IMG/VR virus record: IMGVR_UViG_3300003177_000005
Span: 55,560-119,559 of that record
From: a virus
Reading direction: 5' to 3' (one strand)
DNA: 64,000 nucleotides
The notes under the pieces are model-generated. The model was not told where the DNA came from. It saw only the letters and a list, made by a program, of their open reading frames with translations, and searched no databases. Positions 49,299-60,556 of this stretch are shown here, piece after piece. The position numbers and the translations under genes were made by a program. The first letter of the stretch is position 1. Each line of letters begins with the position of its first letter.

Positions 49299-49680
49299 AA
49301 AAGTTATAATGGACTGTTATTTCGATTTGGAAGATACAAATTTAGTTAGTCAACAGAAAGTTATGGTTATCCAAGCTAAGCTTAAAGAACTAGGTATAGT
49401 TGATGTCGAGGAATTAAATCCTCGTATGTATACAAAAGAGTTAACACATGTGAATATAGAAGAGTTAAAACAAAGACTAGTAGAACTAAGTAATACCGAT
49501 TATGATTTGGAAGAGTGTATTGAAGATGCAGAATTAACTACAATGTTTAATAATCTTTTTAAAACATATAAAAGACTTAAGACTTTAATAGATGAAAAAG
49601 AAAAAGTTATTAAAAACAGTAATCTCAATATGCAGGAGTTGACTAAATTAAAGTTATCAATAACTGATGGTGTAGAATGA
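49285..49680 (+). CDS. Hypothetical protein
   Basis: ORF; likely start at MEITKK. Confidence 0.6.
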   Translation: MEITKKVIMDCYFDLEDTNLVSQQKVMVIQAKLKELGIVDVEELNPRMYTKELTHVNIEELKQRLVELSNTDYDLEECIEDAELTTMFNNLFKTYKRLKTLIDEKEKVIKNSNLNMQELTKLKLSITDGVE

Positions 49681-49684
49681 TAAT

Positions 49685-50053
49685 TTGATAAGATTATCAA
49701 CTATCTTAGATAATGAAGAGATAATGAAGTATGAGGATTTAAGACCTAATCAAAAACTTATATCGTTATTATTCTTTAAACAGTCTTGTTTAACTAATAG
49801 TGAAGTAACTAGTTGGAATTTCAATGACTTTGTAAATTTAGAAGTTATCTTAAACAATGCAAGGGAAAGTATAGCAATACATAGTACTGCTACTAAAAAA
49901 TTACTTACCACTTGGTTAGAGACATCAGCTATAAGTAATAAAGAACTCAGCTGTTTAAATTCTGTCTATGAGTTACTATCAGATAGTGAAGTTGTAGAGA
50001 ATAAGATTAATGAATTTTTAGATATGATGTTAGATGTAACAAAAGAAGATTAG
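49685..50053 (+). CDS. Hypothetical protein
   Basis: ORF ending at a convergent hairpin. Confidence 0.55.
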   Translation: MIRLSTILDNEEIMKYEDLRPNQKLISLLFFKQSCLTNSEVTSWNFNDFVNLEVILNNARESIAIHSTATKKLLTTWLETSAISNKELSCLNSVYELLSDSEVVENKINEFLDMMLDVTKED

Positions 50054-50090
50054 TTTACAGACATTAGCTTATTGGCTAATGTCTGTAACT
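50052..50090. terminator. Bidirectional terminator between convergent genes
   Basis: TTACAGACATTAGC/GCTAATGTCTGTAA inverted repeat. Confidence 0.65.
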
Positions 50091-52891
50091 ATCATTTCAT
50101 AATCATATGTTATTATACTATTTTTTATTTTTTTAGGTATATACATTCGATTTCGGTCTAGATATTTAAATGTAACAAAATTATCACCTATGTTAGAAAT
50201 CTTTATACTTTTTACAGTATTATTAAATAACCCCATAATTTCATCAATCATTTCTAGCACATCTACATAACTTCTCGTTAATTTAAAATCGATTATCTTA
50301 CCAATAGAGTGGTAAATCTCTTCTGTGTTAATACTATTAACATCTACAGTAAATATTTCTACAGTAGGTTTTATCTTATTATTAACAACCTTCTCATTTT
50401 GTCCAATCTTTATTTTACAAGTTTTATAGTTCAGTAATGGTTTATAAAACATAACTGTATTATCTAACATATTCTGATTATACTCTACCAACTTATACTT
50501 TAACCAATAGTCTAGTGTTACTAATATATTTTTAGTGTTTTCATTAATTAGTAAGTCCTTACTTATCTTAAATTTATAATCAATCATAAGTATATCTAAG
50601 TATCTTATAACACCACCTATTTGGTCTATTACAGGTTTACCATCTTCTAGGATTAAATCACCAGCTTTATGTTGGTAAATCGTATCTCCATTATCATCTT
50701 TAACTAAGTCACCTCTACTATGTAATTTTATAGGTATAGCGTGTTCATCAGTTACTTCAACATCTGTTATACTAGTAAAATCATAAATATCTTTTTGATA
50801 AACTAAAGGTGCATCGTTAGTATAACGCTTATACTTATTATCTCCATAAGATATAGATAACTTATTCCATAAATATTCAAGTTTAGAACCAAACTTATAA
50901 TTAATTTCATGGTCTGTTAAGAATATATAATTACCATAAGGAGAATTATATATATCACCACTATTTAAATCGTCACCTATCGTTAATCTAGTAGTAAATA
51001 ATTTTAAAGATAACTTATCTTCTAAATTAACAAAAGTAGTTGTTAACTTCTTATCACCGTTTAAAATCTGTAGTGTATCAGTGTCATTAATAAAATGATT
51101 TGTTTTAATTTCTATTTCAAATTTACCATCTTCATTTATTTCTGCATAATAATAAATTCTTTCTGGAGTACCTTTTATTTTAATACTTACTTCTAACTTT
51201 AAATCATTTTTCATATTTTCAAATTCATCATTACCAGAAACAGTAAAACTAAATTTAAAACCATTAATTGTTTTGAGTACTTCATATTTTTCTATGTTAC
51301 CATTAACTTTTTTAATATTATAGTTTTTTCTTAAGATATTTAAATCACTTACTGTTGGTCTATCTAAATCGTATACTCTACTGTTAAATACATCATTATC
51401 GATACTTATGATGTAATAGTAAGGTGTAAAAAGAAGTCGTTGCTTATTTGTCACAGACTCTAAAATATCTTGATTATAATGCAAAAGACTGGTTCTAAGA
51501 CTTTCACTTATAGGCTCAACTAGCCCATTATCTGATTTAAATATTGTATTACTTTTAATAATTATAAACTTTTCATCATCTGAAATAAATATGTTTTTGT
51601 TATCTATACTTGGTAAATACAATTTTGTTGTATTAGACATAACTCTATTTAAAACATTGATGTCTGTACTTAAACTTATATCAGGCTCTTTAAATACAAC
51701 AAATGTTCTTTTAGTTAAACTATCTAGAATCTTCTCTAGTGCAAATCCATCGTTATATACCATTTTTTTAAGTTGTTTTTCTGTAATAGGTAAATCATTA
51801 TGGTTAGTTATTCTATGTTTAATTATCTTTTTAAAATCTTCAACACCTTTACTTATATAACCACCATCTACAACCGTTTGTGAATTTATAAAAACATTTA
51901 GATTATTACTATCCCCATAAATGTTATCATCACTAGATGCTATATTAAATTCAAAAGCTTCAGCTGTGTATGTATTCAATGGTTGGAAAATTTTACCCTT
52001 AGTTGTAAATAACTCAATCTTAAGCGTACCAGACATATTATCCATAACAGTATTTAATATTGGTGTTTTAAATCTAACCCGATTATTTAAATATTGCACG
52101 ATAATTTTATCTTTTTCAAGAGAAAACTCATCTGATAAATTCTTTTCAAGTTTTCGAAAATCATTATTAATACTATCTGAAATATAAACACTAGATGATA
52201 AATAATATTCATTTTTAAGTTCTATAACTTTATCGAACTTTTCAGATAAAATAATATCATCAATGTATTCAACTAGTTTTAATTGTTTAACTGGTAATGT
52301 AAATTTTACCCATTCAATATTATTATTATCTGTTATTACTACACTGTTAACATTTCCAATATGTTTAAAAGATATAAGTTCTTCATTATTAACCACTTCT
52401 ATAAATGGTACCCAACCATTATTGTTAACTCTTAACATTATATTCAAGTTATTAAGTATCGTATAATCCAGGTTATCTACAGTTATTTTACTCTTTTTAG
52501 GTATTGTAACTATATAAGATTCTAACTCTTCTATATACCCTCCATTGTTCTTAATACTGTTTAATTCTATATAAAAATCAAAATAACCAGTTGCAGGATA
52601 ACTAAATAAACCAACATCTTCAATACCATTCAAAAATCTAAATAGATCCTCCTCATTATTACTTAAACCAAGAACTTGATTACAAACTGTTTCAAAAGTA
52701 GAAGTCGCTGAAACTAAATTGATAATAGATTGTTCAGCTATAAGGGAATAAGGGTTACTTACATCACCTAATGTTAAATCACCTTTTAATCTTGAATCTA
52801 GTTCCTGGAAAAACCTATCTTGTGCTAGACTTGGATTATAACTCAAAACTCCAATCTCTTTAATATAGTTTTTAGTACTATCACTCATCAT
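50069..52891 (-). CDS. Large virion structural protein, probably baseplate wedge (phiKZ gp87-like)
   Basis: 940 aa; DVSNPYSLI, ELFTTKG, VDGG..PITEKQL, HKAGD motifs; minus-strand pair as in phiKZ gp87/88. Confidence 0.7.
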   Translation of the reverse strand: MMSDSTKNYIKEIGVLSYNPSLAQDRFFQELDSRLKGDLTLGDVSNPYSLIAEQSIINLVSATSTFETVCNQVLGLSNNEEDLFRFLNGIEDVGLFSYPATGYFDFYIELNSIKNNGGYIEELESYIVTIPKKSKITVDNLDYTILNNLNIMLRVNNNGWVPFIEVVNNEELISFKHIGNVNSVVITDNNNIEWVKFTLPVKQLKLVEYIDDIILSEKFDKVIELKNEYYLSSSVYISDSINNDFRKLEKNLSDEFSLEKDKIIVQYLNNRVRFKTPILNTVMDNMSGTLKIELFTTKGKIFQPLNTYTAEAFEFNIASSDDNIYGDSNNLNVFINSQTVVDGGYISKGVEDFKKIIKHRITNHNDLPITEKQLKKMVYNDGFALEKILDSLTKRTFVVFKEPDISLSTDINVLNRVMSNTTKLYLPSIDNKNIFISDDEKFIIIKSNTIFKSDNGLVEPISESLRTSLLHYNQDILESVTNKQRLLFTPYYYIISIDNDVFNSRVYDLDRPTVSDLNILRKNYNIKKVNGNIEKYEVLKTINGFKFSFTVSGNDEFENMKNDLKLEVSIKIKGTPERIYYYAEINEDGKFEIEIKTNHFINDTDTLQILNGDKKLTTTFVNLEDKLSLKLFTTRLTIGDDLNSGDIYNSPYGNYIFLTDHEINYKFGSKLEYLWNKLSISYGDNKYKRYTNDAPLVYQKDIYDFTSITDVEVTDEHAIPIKLHSRGDLVKDDNGDTIYQHKAGDLILEDGKPVIDQIGGVIRYLDILMIDYKFKISKDLLINENTKNILVTLDYWLKYKLVEYNQNMLDNTVMFYKPLLNYKTCKIKIGQNEKVVNNKIKPTVEIFTVDVNSINTEEIYHSIGKIIDFKLTRSYVDVLEMIDEIMGLFNNTVKSIKISNIGDNFVTFKYLDRNRMYIPKKIKNSIITYDYEMIVTDISQ

Positions 52892-54006
52892 TCATCCTTC
52901 ATTAATTTTTTATCTTTTACTCGCTTAGTTAAAAGGTCATAAACATCTTTATCAACCCACCATTCAAAAGCTCCATTAAAAGTATTTATCCTTGGGTAAG
53001 CTCTATTTTTAAATAATGTATACTCTGTTTTATTTAAGAGTATCATATTATCATTTTTGCCATCAGTATCAAGCTTTTTCATTTCTGGATGAAAATATCC
53101 AACTTGTTTATTAAAGTTATCCATACTTTTTGGAAAATTATAATCAACTCCTATACAAGACATTGTTATACTAACTTGATCTATTTGATTTGAATTATCC
53201 CTTTCTCTATCATAGTCAAATCTTTCCCCGATAGGTACATTAATAGGAAATGCAACTCCAACAGCAGCAATCTCTGAAACATATGTTTGCGTACTGTCAA
53301 GCACAATATGATAAATCTTAGTATCAAAATCTCTTTCGTGCTCTATTTGAAAATCAGGATATCTACCGACTATTCTATTAAATAATTGTGCTTGATAAAG
53401 TTTCCATAATTCGAATAAACTTATAACAGGACTACCAGGTATGTTTCTAAAAACCATATTCAATTTAAACTCTTTATAATAATGGTATGTACCATCTACA
53501 AATGAGTATGTTTCATGCATTAAACCAGGTGTCATATTTTTAGTACTTAAAGCCCTATCTGGCCACCCAGTTACTTTATCAACTGTATTAGTTATTAATG
53601 GTATAAATGCATTCTTTGGGTCTACTAAAGGGCTTAGTAGTTTTGTTTTTCTTTTATAGTCTGGACCAATATCACCAAGAGTACTTAATCTTGGATCTAA
53701 CATTAATCTAGAATAAGCAGGTACACTCACTAAGTCGGTACTTAACCAGTTACTAAATGTTGGATCGTTCAATAAGTTAAATTCTGTAAGATGTAACTGT
53801 GGTCTGGTCATAAATATAAGACCTAGTCCTTTTACATCTCTTCCCAAGAACGGTCTACTGTTTGTTTGGTCAAGACCTTTAAGGGTATTTGATATAGCTG
53901 AGTCCCTAGTGTTTAAAGGGTCAAATAGATTTAAGAACTCTTCCATATCTATAAGAGTTTTTTTCTTCTCTTCCTTTACCTTTTTGTCAATTTCTGTATC
54001 ACTCAT
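52888..54006 (-). CDS. Virion structural protein, tail-tube-fold-like (phiKZ gp88-like)
   Basis: GLIFMTRPQLHL, LLDP-type motif, GWPD, FPINVPIG. Confidence 0.7.
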   Translation of the reverse strand: MSDTEIDKKVKEEKKKTLIDMEEFLNLFDPLNTRDSAISNTLKGLDQTNSRPFLGRDVKGLGLIFMTRPQLHLTEFNLLNDPTFSNWLSTDLVSVPAYSRLMLDPRLSTLGDIGPDYKRKTKLLSPLVDPKNAFIPLITNTVDKVTGWPDRALSTKNMTPGLMHETYSFVDGTYHYYKEFKLNMVFRNIPGSPVISLFELWKLYQAQLFNRIVGRYPDFQIEHERDFDTKIYHIVLDSTQTYVSEIAAVGVAFPINVPIGERFDYDRERDNSNQIDQVSITMSCIGVDYNFPKSMDNFNKQVGYFHPEMKKLDTDGKNDNMILLNKTEYTLFKNRAYPRINTFNGAFEWWVDKDVYDLLTKRVKDKKLMKDE

Positions 54007-54060
54007 ATTTAAAACCTTTTCTTTTGGTTATTCATAGAAAATGGTTAACTTGAATACATT

Positions 54061-55227
54061 ATGCAATTTGTTGAAAATAAAGTTAAAGGACAAGTAATGA
54101 ATTTTTTCAGTGATACCATAGCACTTTTCTCTTCGTTTAACGAGATAATGGACGGAGCAATAAAAACTGATGAACAAAAAATTGGAGCTGTAGATTTATG
54201 GGCGAGTAGAGGAGATTTATTCGAACTAACAAGAAAGTTTGTGTTAGAACCTGTTATTGTAGTTAGTGATACATTAAAAGGTACCGAACAAATTGAAGAT
54301 ATGATAAGAATGAACATTAACTATTATGTATCTCTATACACAACAGCGTTTACCAATATAGTTAATATATATGGTTATACTCCAGCTTTAGCATTTGATG
54401 TTTTATCAACATCTAATACAACTATGAGAGACTTAGCTGGTAGAGCATTTAAAGGTGGTCTTATATCTTTAGAATCAGCTGATGTACCAACATTAGATTT
54501 AGAAGATGAGAGCACTCTGTTTGATTTGGAGACTAAGTTTACAGATCATAAACCAAAAGATGCAATGAAGACGGATATATTTTTTAAACAGTTTGTTATC
54601 TCTGTTACAACAAAAGCCGAGGGTAAAAAGAAACACGATAAAAATGCAAAAGAGCGGACATTTGAAGTGCCGATGGTTGTTAAGGCATCTGTAGTTTATG
54701 CTCCAATGGCTGATATCACTAATTTATTTAGTAAAGATAGTGTTGATAATCAAATATTTGCTAGATGGCATGCCGCTAATGCTGGTGTTATAAGTTGGAA
54801 ACAATTTTTTATCCCTAATGATTTAGTTAAAGAATATAAAAAAGCACTATTAAGAGATAGAAGTGATTTGTATAAGTTATTAAATAATAGATTAGAAGCA
54901 TCAGCAGGAAAAGTTATTACATCAGGATTTGAAGGCTTTGGTAAATATGCCGCTTCATACATTATTCACAAAGATGAAGTTTTACCTTTAGAAAGACTTA
55001 TTAATAGTAAATTGAAAACTGCTGAATCTGGAGCTACTTTATTAGAAGCTGGTAAAGGATTATTCTTCTATGTTGTTGATGATGCACATGAGCTTGTAGA
55101 TATTTATACAACTTTACCATCTAAAACAACTGTTGATATGAAATCTTTAAAGAAGTCAGATAAAAAAGATGAATTAGTAGATGTTATAAAGACTATGTTA
55201 ACTAATAAGTCAACAACAATAATTTAA
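54061..55227 (+). CDS. Head/inner-body protein (phiKZ gp89-like)
   Basis: LEPVIVVS motif, SLE/DLE sites, synteny; start uncertain. Confidence 0.65.
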   Translation: MQFVENKVKGQVMNFFSDTIALFSSFNEIMDGAIKTDEQKIGAVDLWASRGDLFELTRKFVLEPVIVVSDTLKGTEQIEDMIRMNINYYVSLYTTAFTNIVNIYGYTPALAFDVLSTSNTTMRDLAGRAFKGGLISLESADVPTLDLEDESTLFDLETKFTDHKPKDAMKTDIFFKQFVISVTTKAEGKKKHDKNAKERTFEVPMVVKASVVYAPMADITNLFSKDSVDNQIFARWHAANAGVISWKQFFIPNDLVKEYKKALLRDRSDLYKLLNNRLEASAGKVITSGFEGFGKYAASYIIHKDEVLPLERLINSKLKTAESGATLLEAGKGLFFYVVDDAHELVDIYTTLPSKTTVDMKSLKKSDKKDELVDVIKTMLTNKSTTII

Positions 55228-55239
55228 AAGGAGAGTGTA

Positions 55240-56085
55240 ATGAGTATAAGTGAGTTTTTAAAGTCAACCTTTACTGGTAAGACTATTATTAAAAAAGAAG
55301 AAGTCAAAAAACAATTTGCAAATATTTGTTTAGACTTTAAAACATTAGTAGAAAAAGATTATAGTAATGTTGAAGTTAAGTCTAATACATTGTTAAATAA
55401 TTTCTTTAAAGCTTTGGATGTTAAAGATAAAACATTCTTTAGTGGTGTTAAGGAATTAGTAGAGAGTGACATACTTAAATATGAAGATGAATTTAATAAA
55501 GGTATTGATAAATACTTATCAAATTCTTTTATAGAAGATCAAGCAACCTTAATAGATGGTATGATAATTTCATATATAACTAACCTTTCAGCTTTCTATA
55601 ATTATTTAGAAGATTTAGTTTTATATACTATCTATTATTCAAGAGGTGAGGATTATCTATCTAAAGCTACAACAAAAAGAATAAGTCAAAACTATAATTT
55701 CTTTTATAGCACAGCTAAAGATTTAAAAGATGGTGGTTTTCTAGATTTTATTCATAACTTGGATAAAATAGAACCAGAAACTATTCAGGATACGGATAAT
55801 GGTATACTTGATTTTAAGATATCACATATTTTTAAATCTAATCCTATTAGTATAACTAATGACTTTGTTGGTAATCTTTACTATCATCTTGGACGGTTTT
55901 TTGTAGAACAAGATTTAGCTAAAGCCGACGATTATGAAAACAAGAAACGATTATTAGAACTAAAACTTTTAGAGTTAAAGAATAAAGATGTTAAAGATCG
56001 TAACATTGAGAAATCGATAGAATATTATACTAAAAAGATAAAAGAGTATGAAAGAGATATTGAAGAATTGAGGAGTGTTAATTAG
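55240..56085 (+). CDS. Head protein (phiKZ gp90-like)
   Basis: NLYYHLG followed by a C-terminal coiled coil (KRLLELKLLEL..IEYY). Confidence 0.65.
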   Translation: MSISEFLKSTFTGKTIIKKEEVKKQFANICLDFKTLVEKDYSNVEVKSNTLLNNFFKALDVKDKTFFSGVKELVESDILKYEDEFNKGIDKYLSNSFIEDQATLIDGMIISYITNLSAFYNYLEDLVLYTIYYSRGEDYLSKATTKRISQNYNFFYSTAKDLKDGGFLDFIHNLDKIEPETIQDTDNGILDFKISHIFKSNPISITNDFVGNLYYHLGRFFVEQDLAKADDYENKKRLLELKLLELKNKDVKDRNIEKSIEYYTKKIKEYERDIEELRSVN

Positions 56086-56192
56086 TAATTAACCTACCTT
56101 ATTTTTTATTTAATGATGCTAATGGTATTTAGTTTTAGATACTTGACGCACGCGTGCAAATAAAATATTTTAAAAGAAAAAAAGGAAACAAA

Positions 56193-57515
56193 ATGAGTTA
56201 CTTAAATAAGATTGTTGCTGGTAAAACACCAACAGCTGGATACCAAGATTTAGAAGCACAAGTTAATGAAGCTGATGTTTTTAGTGGACAAATTAAAACA
56301 TTAACAACTAACTTAGAGGCAGTAGGTAAAGATTTAGATAAAGTTATGTTAGCTATGGATGTTGAATCAGCAGCTTTAGATAAGAGTGAAGAGTATGCTA
56401 GAGGATTACTAGCTGGTATGAACGTAGCATTCTACGATGCAGAAGCACTACAATATGATGTAGAAGGTATTAGCGATACTAAAAGTATCATTGGAGCTGA
56501 TATTGAATCAAAAGGTGGTCTTATTGCTAATATTATTGCTTGGGTTAAATCATTCTTTGATAAGATTCTTAACACTTTTAAGAAGTGGGGTAAGAAAATT
56601 GGTTCACTATTTGCTAGACTTGAGAGTAAAGCAGAAGCATTTAAGAAAAAAGTAGATGATTTCAAATTTGATAAAGAGAAAAAAGACGAGAAAATTACTG
56701 GTGAAGAAATGCAAAAACTTCTTGGTAAATATCCAATCGCATCTGTAACAGCTGCAAGCTTTTCAACTATTGACCTTTTAGCACAACTTAAAAGTTTTGT
56801 AAGTGTTAAAAGAAAAGAAATGGGTACAGTAGTTATTGAAAAATCACTTAAAGAGTTTAAAGGTAATGTAGAGAAGTCTATTAAAGATGGAAACATTGAT
56901 TATCCTAAATTTACTGGTGTTGGTTACGCAGATACAGTTATTACTATGAACGCACTTTTAAAGTATGTTGATGATAAAGCTTCTAGCGTTGATACAGTAG
57001 TTGCAGATGAAACTTATCAAATTGTTGGCATCAATGGTTCAACCGCTAAAGTTTTAATTTCTAAAGAAGTTAGCAAAGATGGTAAAAAAGAAACTAAAAT
57101 CAAAACAGGTACTGTAGCTGTTGATGATGTGTTCCTTAAGTCAGTTAAGAAAGAAGATAAAATTACTGAAGCTATGTTTACAAGTGTTAAAGATCTTGCA
57201 TCAGCTATTGATAGTGTTAAGAAAGATGACAAAGATGTTTATGATGAGCAGTATAAGCAACTATCTGAGATTAGTACAGGTGTAAAAGATGTTCTAGAAG
57301 CAATTGAGAAATTTGCTGAAAGTGATGATGCTAAAGATAAGATTGCTGGAGTTGTTAAAAACAAAAACAAAATTATGACTTTTGCTAAATCAGTAGCTGT
57401 TGTTGCACCAGTAGTTGCGCACGGTTTAGTTGAAGATTCTTATAAAGTTCCTTTAGCAGCTATTAGTTGTGGTGAGTTTGTACTTGATAAACTTCCAGAA
57501 TCTAAAAAAGATTAA
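56193..57515 (+). CDS. Internal head protein, paralog family
   Basis: AAGGA RBS before the ATG at 56193; acidic propeptide with repeated D-x-E, then amphipathic IIAWVKSFFDKI. Confidence 0.7.
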   Translation: MSYLNKIVAGKTPTAGYQDLEAQVNEADVFSGQIKTLTTNLEAVGKDLDKVMLAMDVESAALDKSEEYARGLLAGMNVAFYDAEALQYDVEGISDTKSIIGADIESKGGLIANIIAWVKSFFDKILNTFKKWGKKIGSLFARLESKAEAFKKKVDDFKFDKEKKDEKITGEEMQKLLGKYPIASVTAASFSTIDLLAQLKSFVSVKRKEMGTVVIEKSLKEFKGNVEKSIKDGNIDYPKFTGVGYADTVITMNALLKYVDDKASSVDTVVADETYQIVGINGSTAKVLISKEVSKDGKKETKIKTGTVAVDDVFLKSVKKEDKITEAMFTSVKDLASAIDSVKKDDKDVYDEQYKQLSEISTGVKDVLEAIEKFAESDDAKDKIAGVVKNKNKIMTFAKSVAVVAPVVAHGLVEDSYKVPLAAISCGEFVLDKLPESKKD

Positions 57516-57586
57516 TTTCTAAGCACCTAGATCTAAGTAGAGTCTTTAGGACTCTACTTAGTCGTTATTTTTTAAAAGGTTTTTTT

Positions 57587-58021
57587 ATGTATGAAACAAT
57601 TACATTAGACGATATGCGAAAAGGTATATACGATGGTAATTTAGATACTAGATTAGAAATTGTCAGTAGTGTCTTTATTAATATCGTTTATGAGTCGGAA
57701 TTAAATAATATCTTAGAATATTTACAAAGTCAGTCTTTTGTTAGAAAGTATACAGATTTTGTTAGTAAGAACTATGATGAGTTTTTTAAACATTTTATAA
57801 ACGATGAAGATGAAGAAGCTTTAAAGTATCTAAATGATATATTATTATATGTTAAAAGTACTAACACTATTAATGGTGATACTATACAACCAGAGTTTAG
57901 AATACCAGAGGTATATGAATATTTTACGTTAAATGGAAGTAACAGAAAATTAATTACAATTTTAATGAATAAAAATAGAGATATACAATATAGATTTTTA
58001 GAATTTTTATCTCTAATTTAA
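57587..58021 (+). CDS. Conserved hypothetical protein in the head cluster
   Basis: ORF track. Confidence 0.65.
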   Translation: MYETITLDDMRKGIYDGNLDTRLEIVSSVFINIVYESELNNILEYLQSQSFVRKYTDFVSKNYDEFFKHFINDEDEEALKYLNDILLYVKSTNTINGDTIQPEFRIPEVYEYFTLNGSNRKLITILMNKNRDIQYRFLEFLSLI

Positions 58022-58034
58022 AAAAAGGAACACA

Positions 58035-59294
58035 ATGTTAAATAAAATATTACACGATATGGAACAACAAGTAGGTGGTTCTGTAAATGATATGATAAGT
58101 CAGGACCCAGAACTAGCAGCTATTGATGTTGAAATGTATCAAGCATCTAGTAAATTAGAGAACTTGTTTATGGTAGCAAGTATAGTAGAAGATACAGTTA
58201 AAAGTAAAGCTGAAGATGTTGATTTAGAAGCTATGAATGATAGTAGTTTAAATGCTTTAGCTAGTAGTGCAATTACTACATTAAAAACTGTATCTAAGAT
58301 TGCAGAAGTAAAGATAGAGTCTTATGAACTAGAGTCAGAGTTTGTAAGTGGTAAAGAAAAATATAGAGTAGCTATCAATGACCTTGAAGGTGTGCTAGAT
58401 AAAGTTAAAAAGAAAATTAAAGAATGGTGGACTAAACTTAAAGCATTCGTTAAGAAATGGTGGAATAAACTTTGGGGTAAGGATGAGAAAAAGAAATCTA
58501 AAGAAAATTTAGAAAAAATTATCACAAATATGAAAGACATTTTAAGTAAAGATGAGATTAAGTATGAAGACCTAGAAAAAGCAATAGGTTCAGCTACAGT
58601 TATTAAATTCTTATTAAATCAAGATAATCCTTCAGATGTTTATAATGGTATGTTACAACTTAATGGTGCTACTATTGTTAATTCTAAAGAAGGTTTAGAG
58701 AAATTAAATAAAATTGCAGATGCTTTTAAAGAAGATAACGCTCAAGAGACATATAAAGCTTTCGCTGATGAGTATAGTAAACTTAATGGAGAATTAAGAA
58801 AAAATCCTGGCTCATCTGTAATTGGTAAAATTTCAAAAGGTGCTATTAAAGCTAATATAAACCCAGAAAATGTTTGGAGTATTGGTATTTCAACTGTTAG
58901 TAGTCCTGGTGACCAAAAAAAATATAAAGTTGATACTGGTATTTTTAAAGGTGTTCCAACATTTGTTACTAGTAAGGATGGTATAAAACCAAAAGGATTC
59001 TTAGGAGAAACATCTATTGAAGGTACAGTTTTAACAGAAAAATCTGATGAAAAAGCCAAAGAAGAATTTGTTAAAAAAGCTAAGGCATTCAAGTTAGATG
59101 AATTTGCAAAAGAAGTTGAAGCAGCATTTAAGATTCTTGATGAAGTTAAAGATCTTGTTGGGAAGTCTACTGATGCTACTGAAGGTAACGGTGAAGTTCC
59201 AACTATTGAACAAATTAAGATGGCATACTTTAACGATTATGTTAAACTAAGTAAAACTACATCAGCGGCTATTAAAACACTGATTAAATTTTAA
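58035..59294 (+). CDS. Internal head protein, paralog family
   Basis: D-x-E repeats, then DLE-GVLDKVKKKIKEWWTKLKAFVKKWW. Confidence 0.7.
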   Translation: MLNKILHDMEQQVGGSVNDMISQDPELAAIDVEMYQASSKLENLFMVASIVEDTVKSKAEDVDLEAMNDSSLNALASSAITTLKTVSKIAEVKIESYELESEFVSGKEKYRVAINDLEGVLDKVKKKIKEWWTKLKAFVKKWWNKLWGKDEKKKSKENLEKIITNMKDILSKDEIKYEDLEKAIGSATVIKFLLNQDNPSDVYNGMLQLNGATIVNSKEGLEKLNKIADAFKEDNAQETYKAFADEYSKLNGELRKNPGSSVIGKISKGAIKANINPENVWSIGISTVSSPGDQKKYKVDTGIFKGVPTFVTSKDGIKPKGFLGETSIEGTVLTEKSDEKAKEEFVKKAKAFKLDEFAKEVEAAFKILDEVKDLVGKSTDATEGNGEVPTIEQIKMAYFNDYVKLSKTTSAAIKTLIKF

Positions 59295-59392
59295 AAAGAT
59301 AAAAAACTATACATAGTTATACCTTGGTTGGTATAACTATGCTAACTTTATATCTTTGTCCGAATTATATGAAAATATTTAAAAGGTAATCT

Positions 59393-60556
59393 ATGAAAAC
59401 GGAAGAAAATGAACTAGAGTTATTATCGACTCTATATAAAGACTTAGAGACCCAAATTAGCCTTTATGTAACAACTATTGAAAGAGTTGAATTATTAAAG
59501 TTACAAGGGTTGGATATAGAAGAGGAAACTAAAAAAGGTAATGTGTTTTTAAGAGGTATAAAGAATACTTTTAAAAAGATAGGAGATGTTATAGTAAAAG
59601 CGTGGAAGATCATAAGAGGTAAAACTAATGAACAGTTAATTAAAAAGCTAGCCAACAATGAGAAAGAGTTTAATAATGCTCTTTTAACGATAGGGACATT
59701 TTTAAATACTGATAGCCAAATAGTATCTGAATATTTTACTAAAAATAAACTGGGTATCTTTTGGTTAGCTGTTCTTATGGATACAGATATTTACACACTA
59801 CTAAAATCTGCTTTATCTATAACTAACGATGCTACTAATATATTAAAGAAAAATTTAGATAAAATAAAAGCTGATGAAAATGTATTTGAGAATTGTAGAA
59901 CAATAAGAAAAGAATTTGCCCAAATCAAATCACCTTTTAAACCTTCATTAATTAAAGATCTTATAAATCTAGATAAGACAACTACAGAGAAGATAGTATC
60001 AATAGTAACTAATAGTCACTACAGTTTTATAGCTGTAACTCTTATGGATGTTAATACAATTAAGTTTATTATAACATCAGAAGCTAGAGATTTTAATTTA
60101 AGGTCTAAAAAAAATAAAGATACAAGTTTATCTAAGGTTGAATGTTATCCATTTGAACTTATGACTTTAAAGGTTAAGAAAAAGAAGTTAAATATAAATA
60201 CTATAAAACAAACTATAGATATTCCTAAATTAGCTAAGATTATTTCTGAAGTTAAAAATGTTGAAGTCCTTTATAAAGAACAAGATAGTGTGTTAAAGGG
60301 TCTAAAAGTAGAGATAGACAAAATCTCTAATGAAATAGATGGCCATTTAAAAGATATAACACCTGAAAATAAAGACCAACTTATGACAGCTAAGAACTTT
60401 GTACTTGTATCATCAAAAGCTCTTACTGAATTTGGGTTATCTAGTAATAAAACACTAGATGCTATAGGCGATGTTGTTAATGATGTTATCAAAGTCGGAG
60501 CAGAGTTAAGTAAGAAAGTTGATAAGAAAGAAGTTAAAAGGACGAGAAATGTATAA
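59393..60556 (+). CDS. Internal head protein, paralog family
   Basis: DLE and DIE, then amphipathic IKNTFKKIGDVIVKAWKII. Confidence 0.65.
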   Translation: MKTEENELELLSTLYKDLETQISLYVTTIERVELLKLQGLDIEEETKKGNVFLRGIKNTFKKIGDVIVKAWKIIRGKTNEQLIKKLANNEKEFNNALLTIGTFLNTDSQIVSEYFTKNKLGIFWLAVLMDTDIYTLLKSALSITNDATNILKKNLDKIKADENVFENCRTIRKEFAQIKSPFKPSLIKDLINLDKTTTEKIVSIVTNSHYSFIAVTLMDVNTIKFIITSEARDFNLRSKKNKDTSLSKVECYPFELMTLKVKKKKLNINTIKQTIDIPKLAKIISEVKNVEVLYKEQDSVLKGLKVEIDKISNEIDGHLKDITPENKDQLMTAKNFVLVSSKALTEFGLSSNKTLDAIGDVVNDVIKVGAELSKKVDKKEVKRTRNV

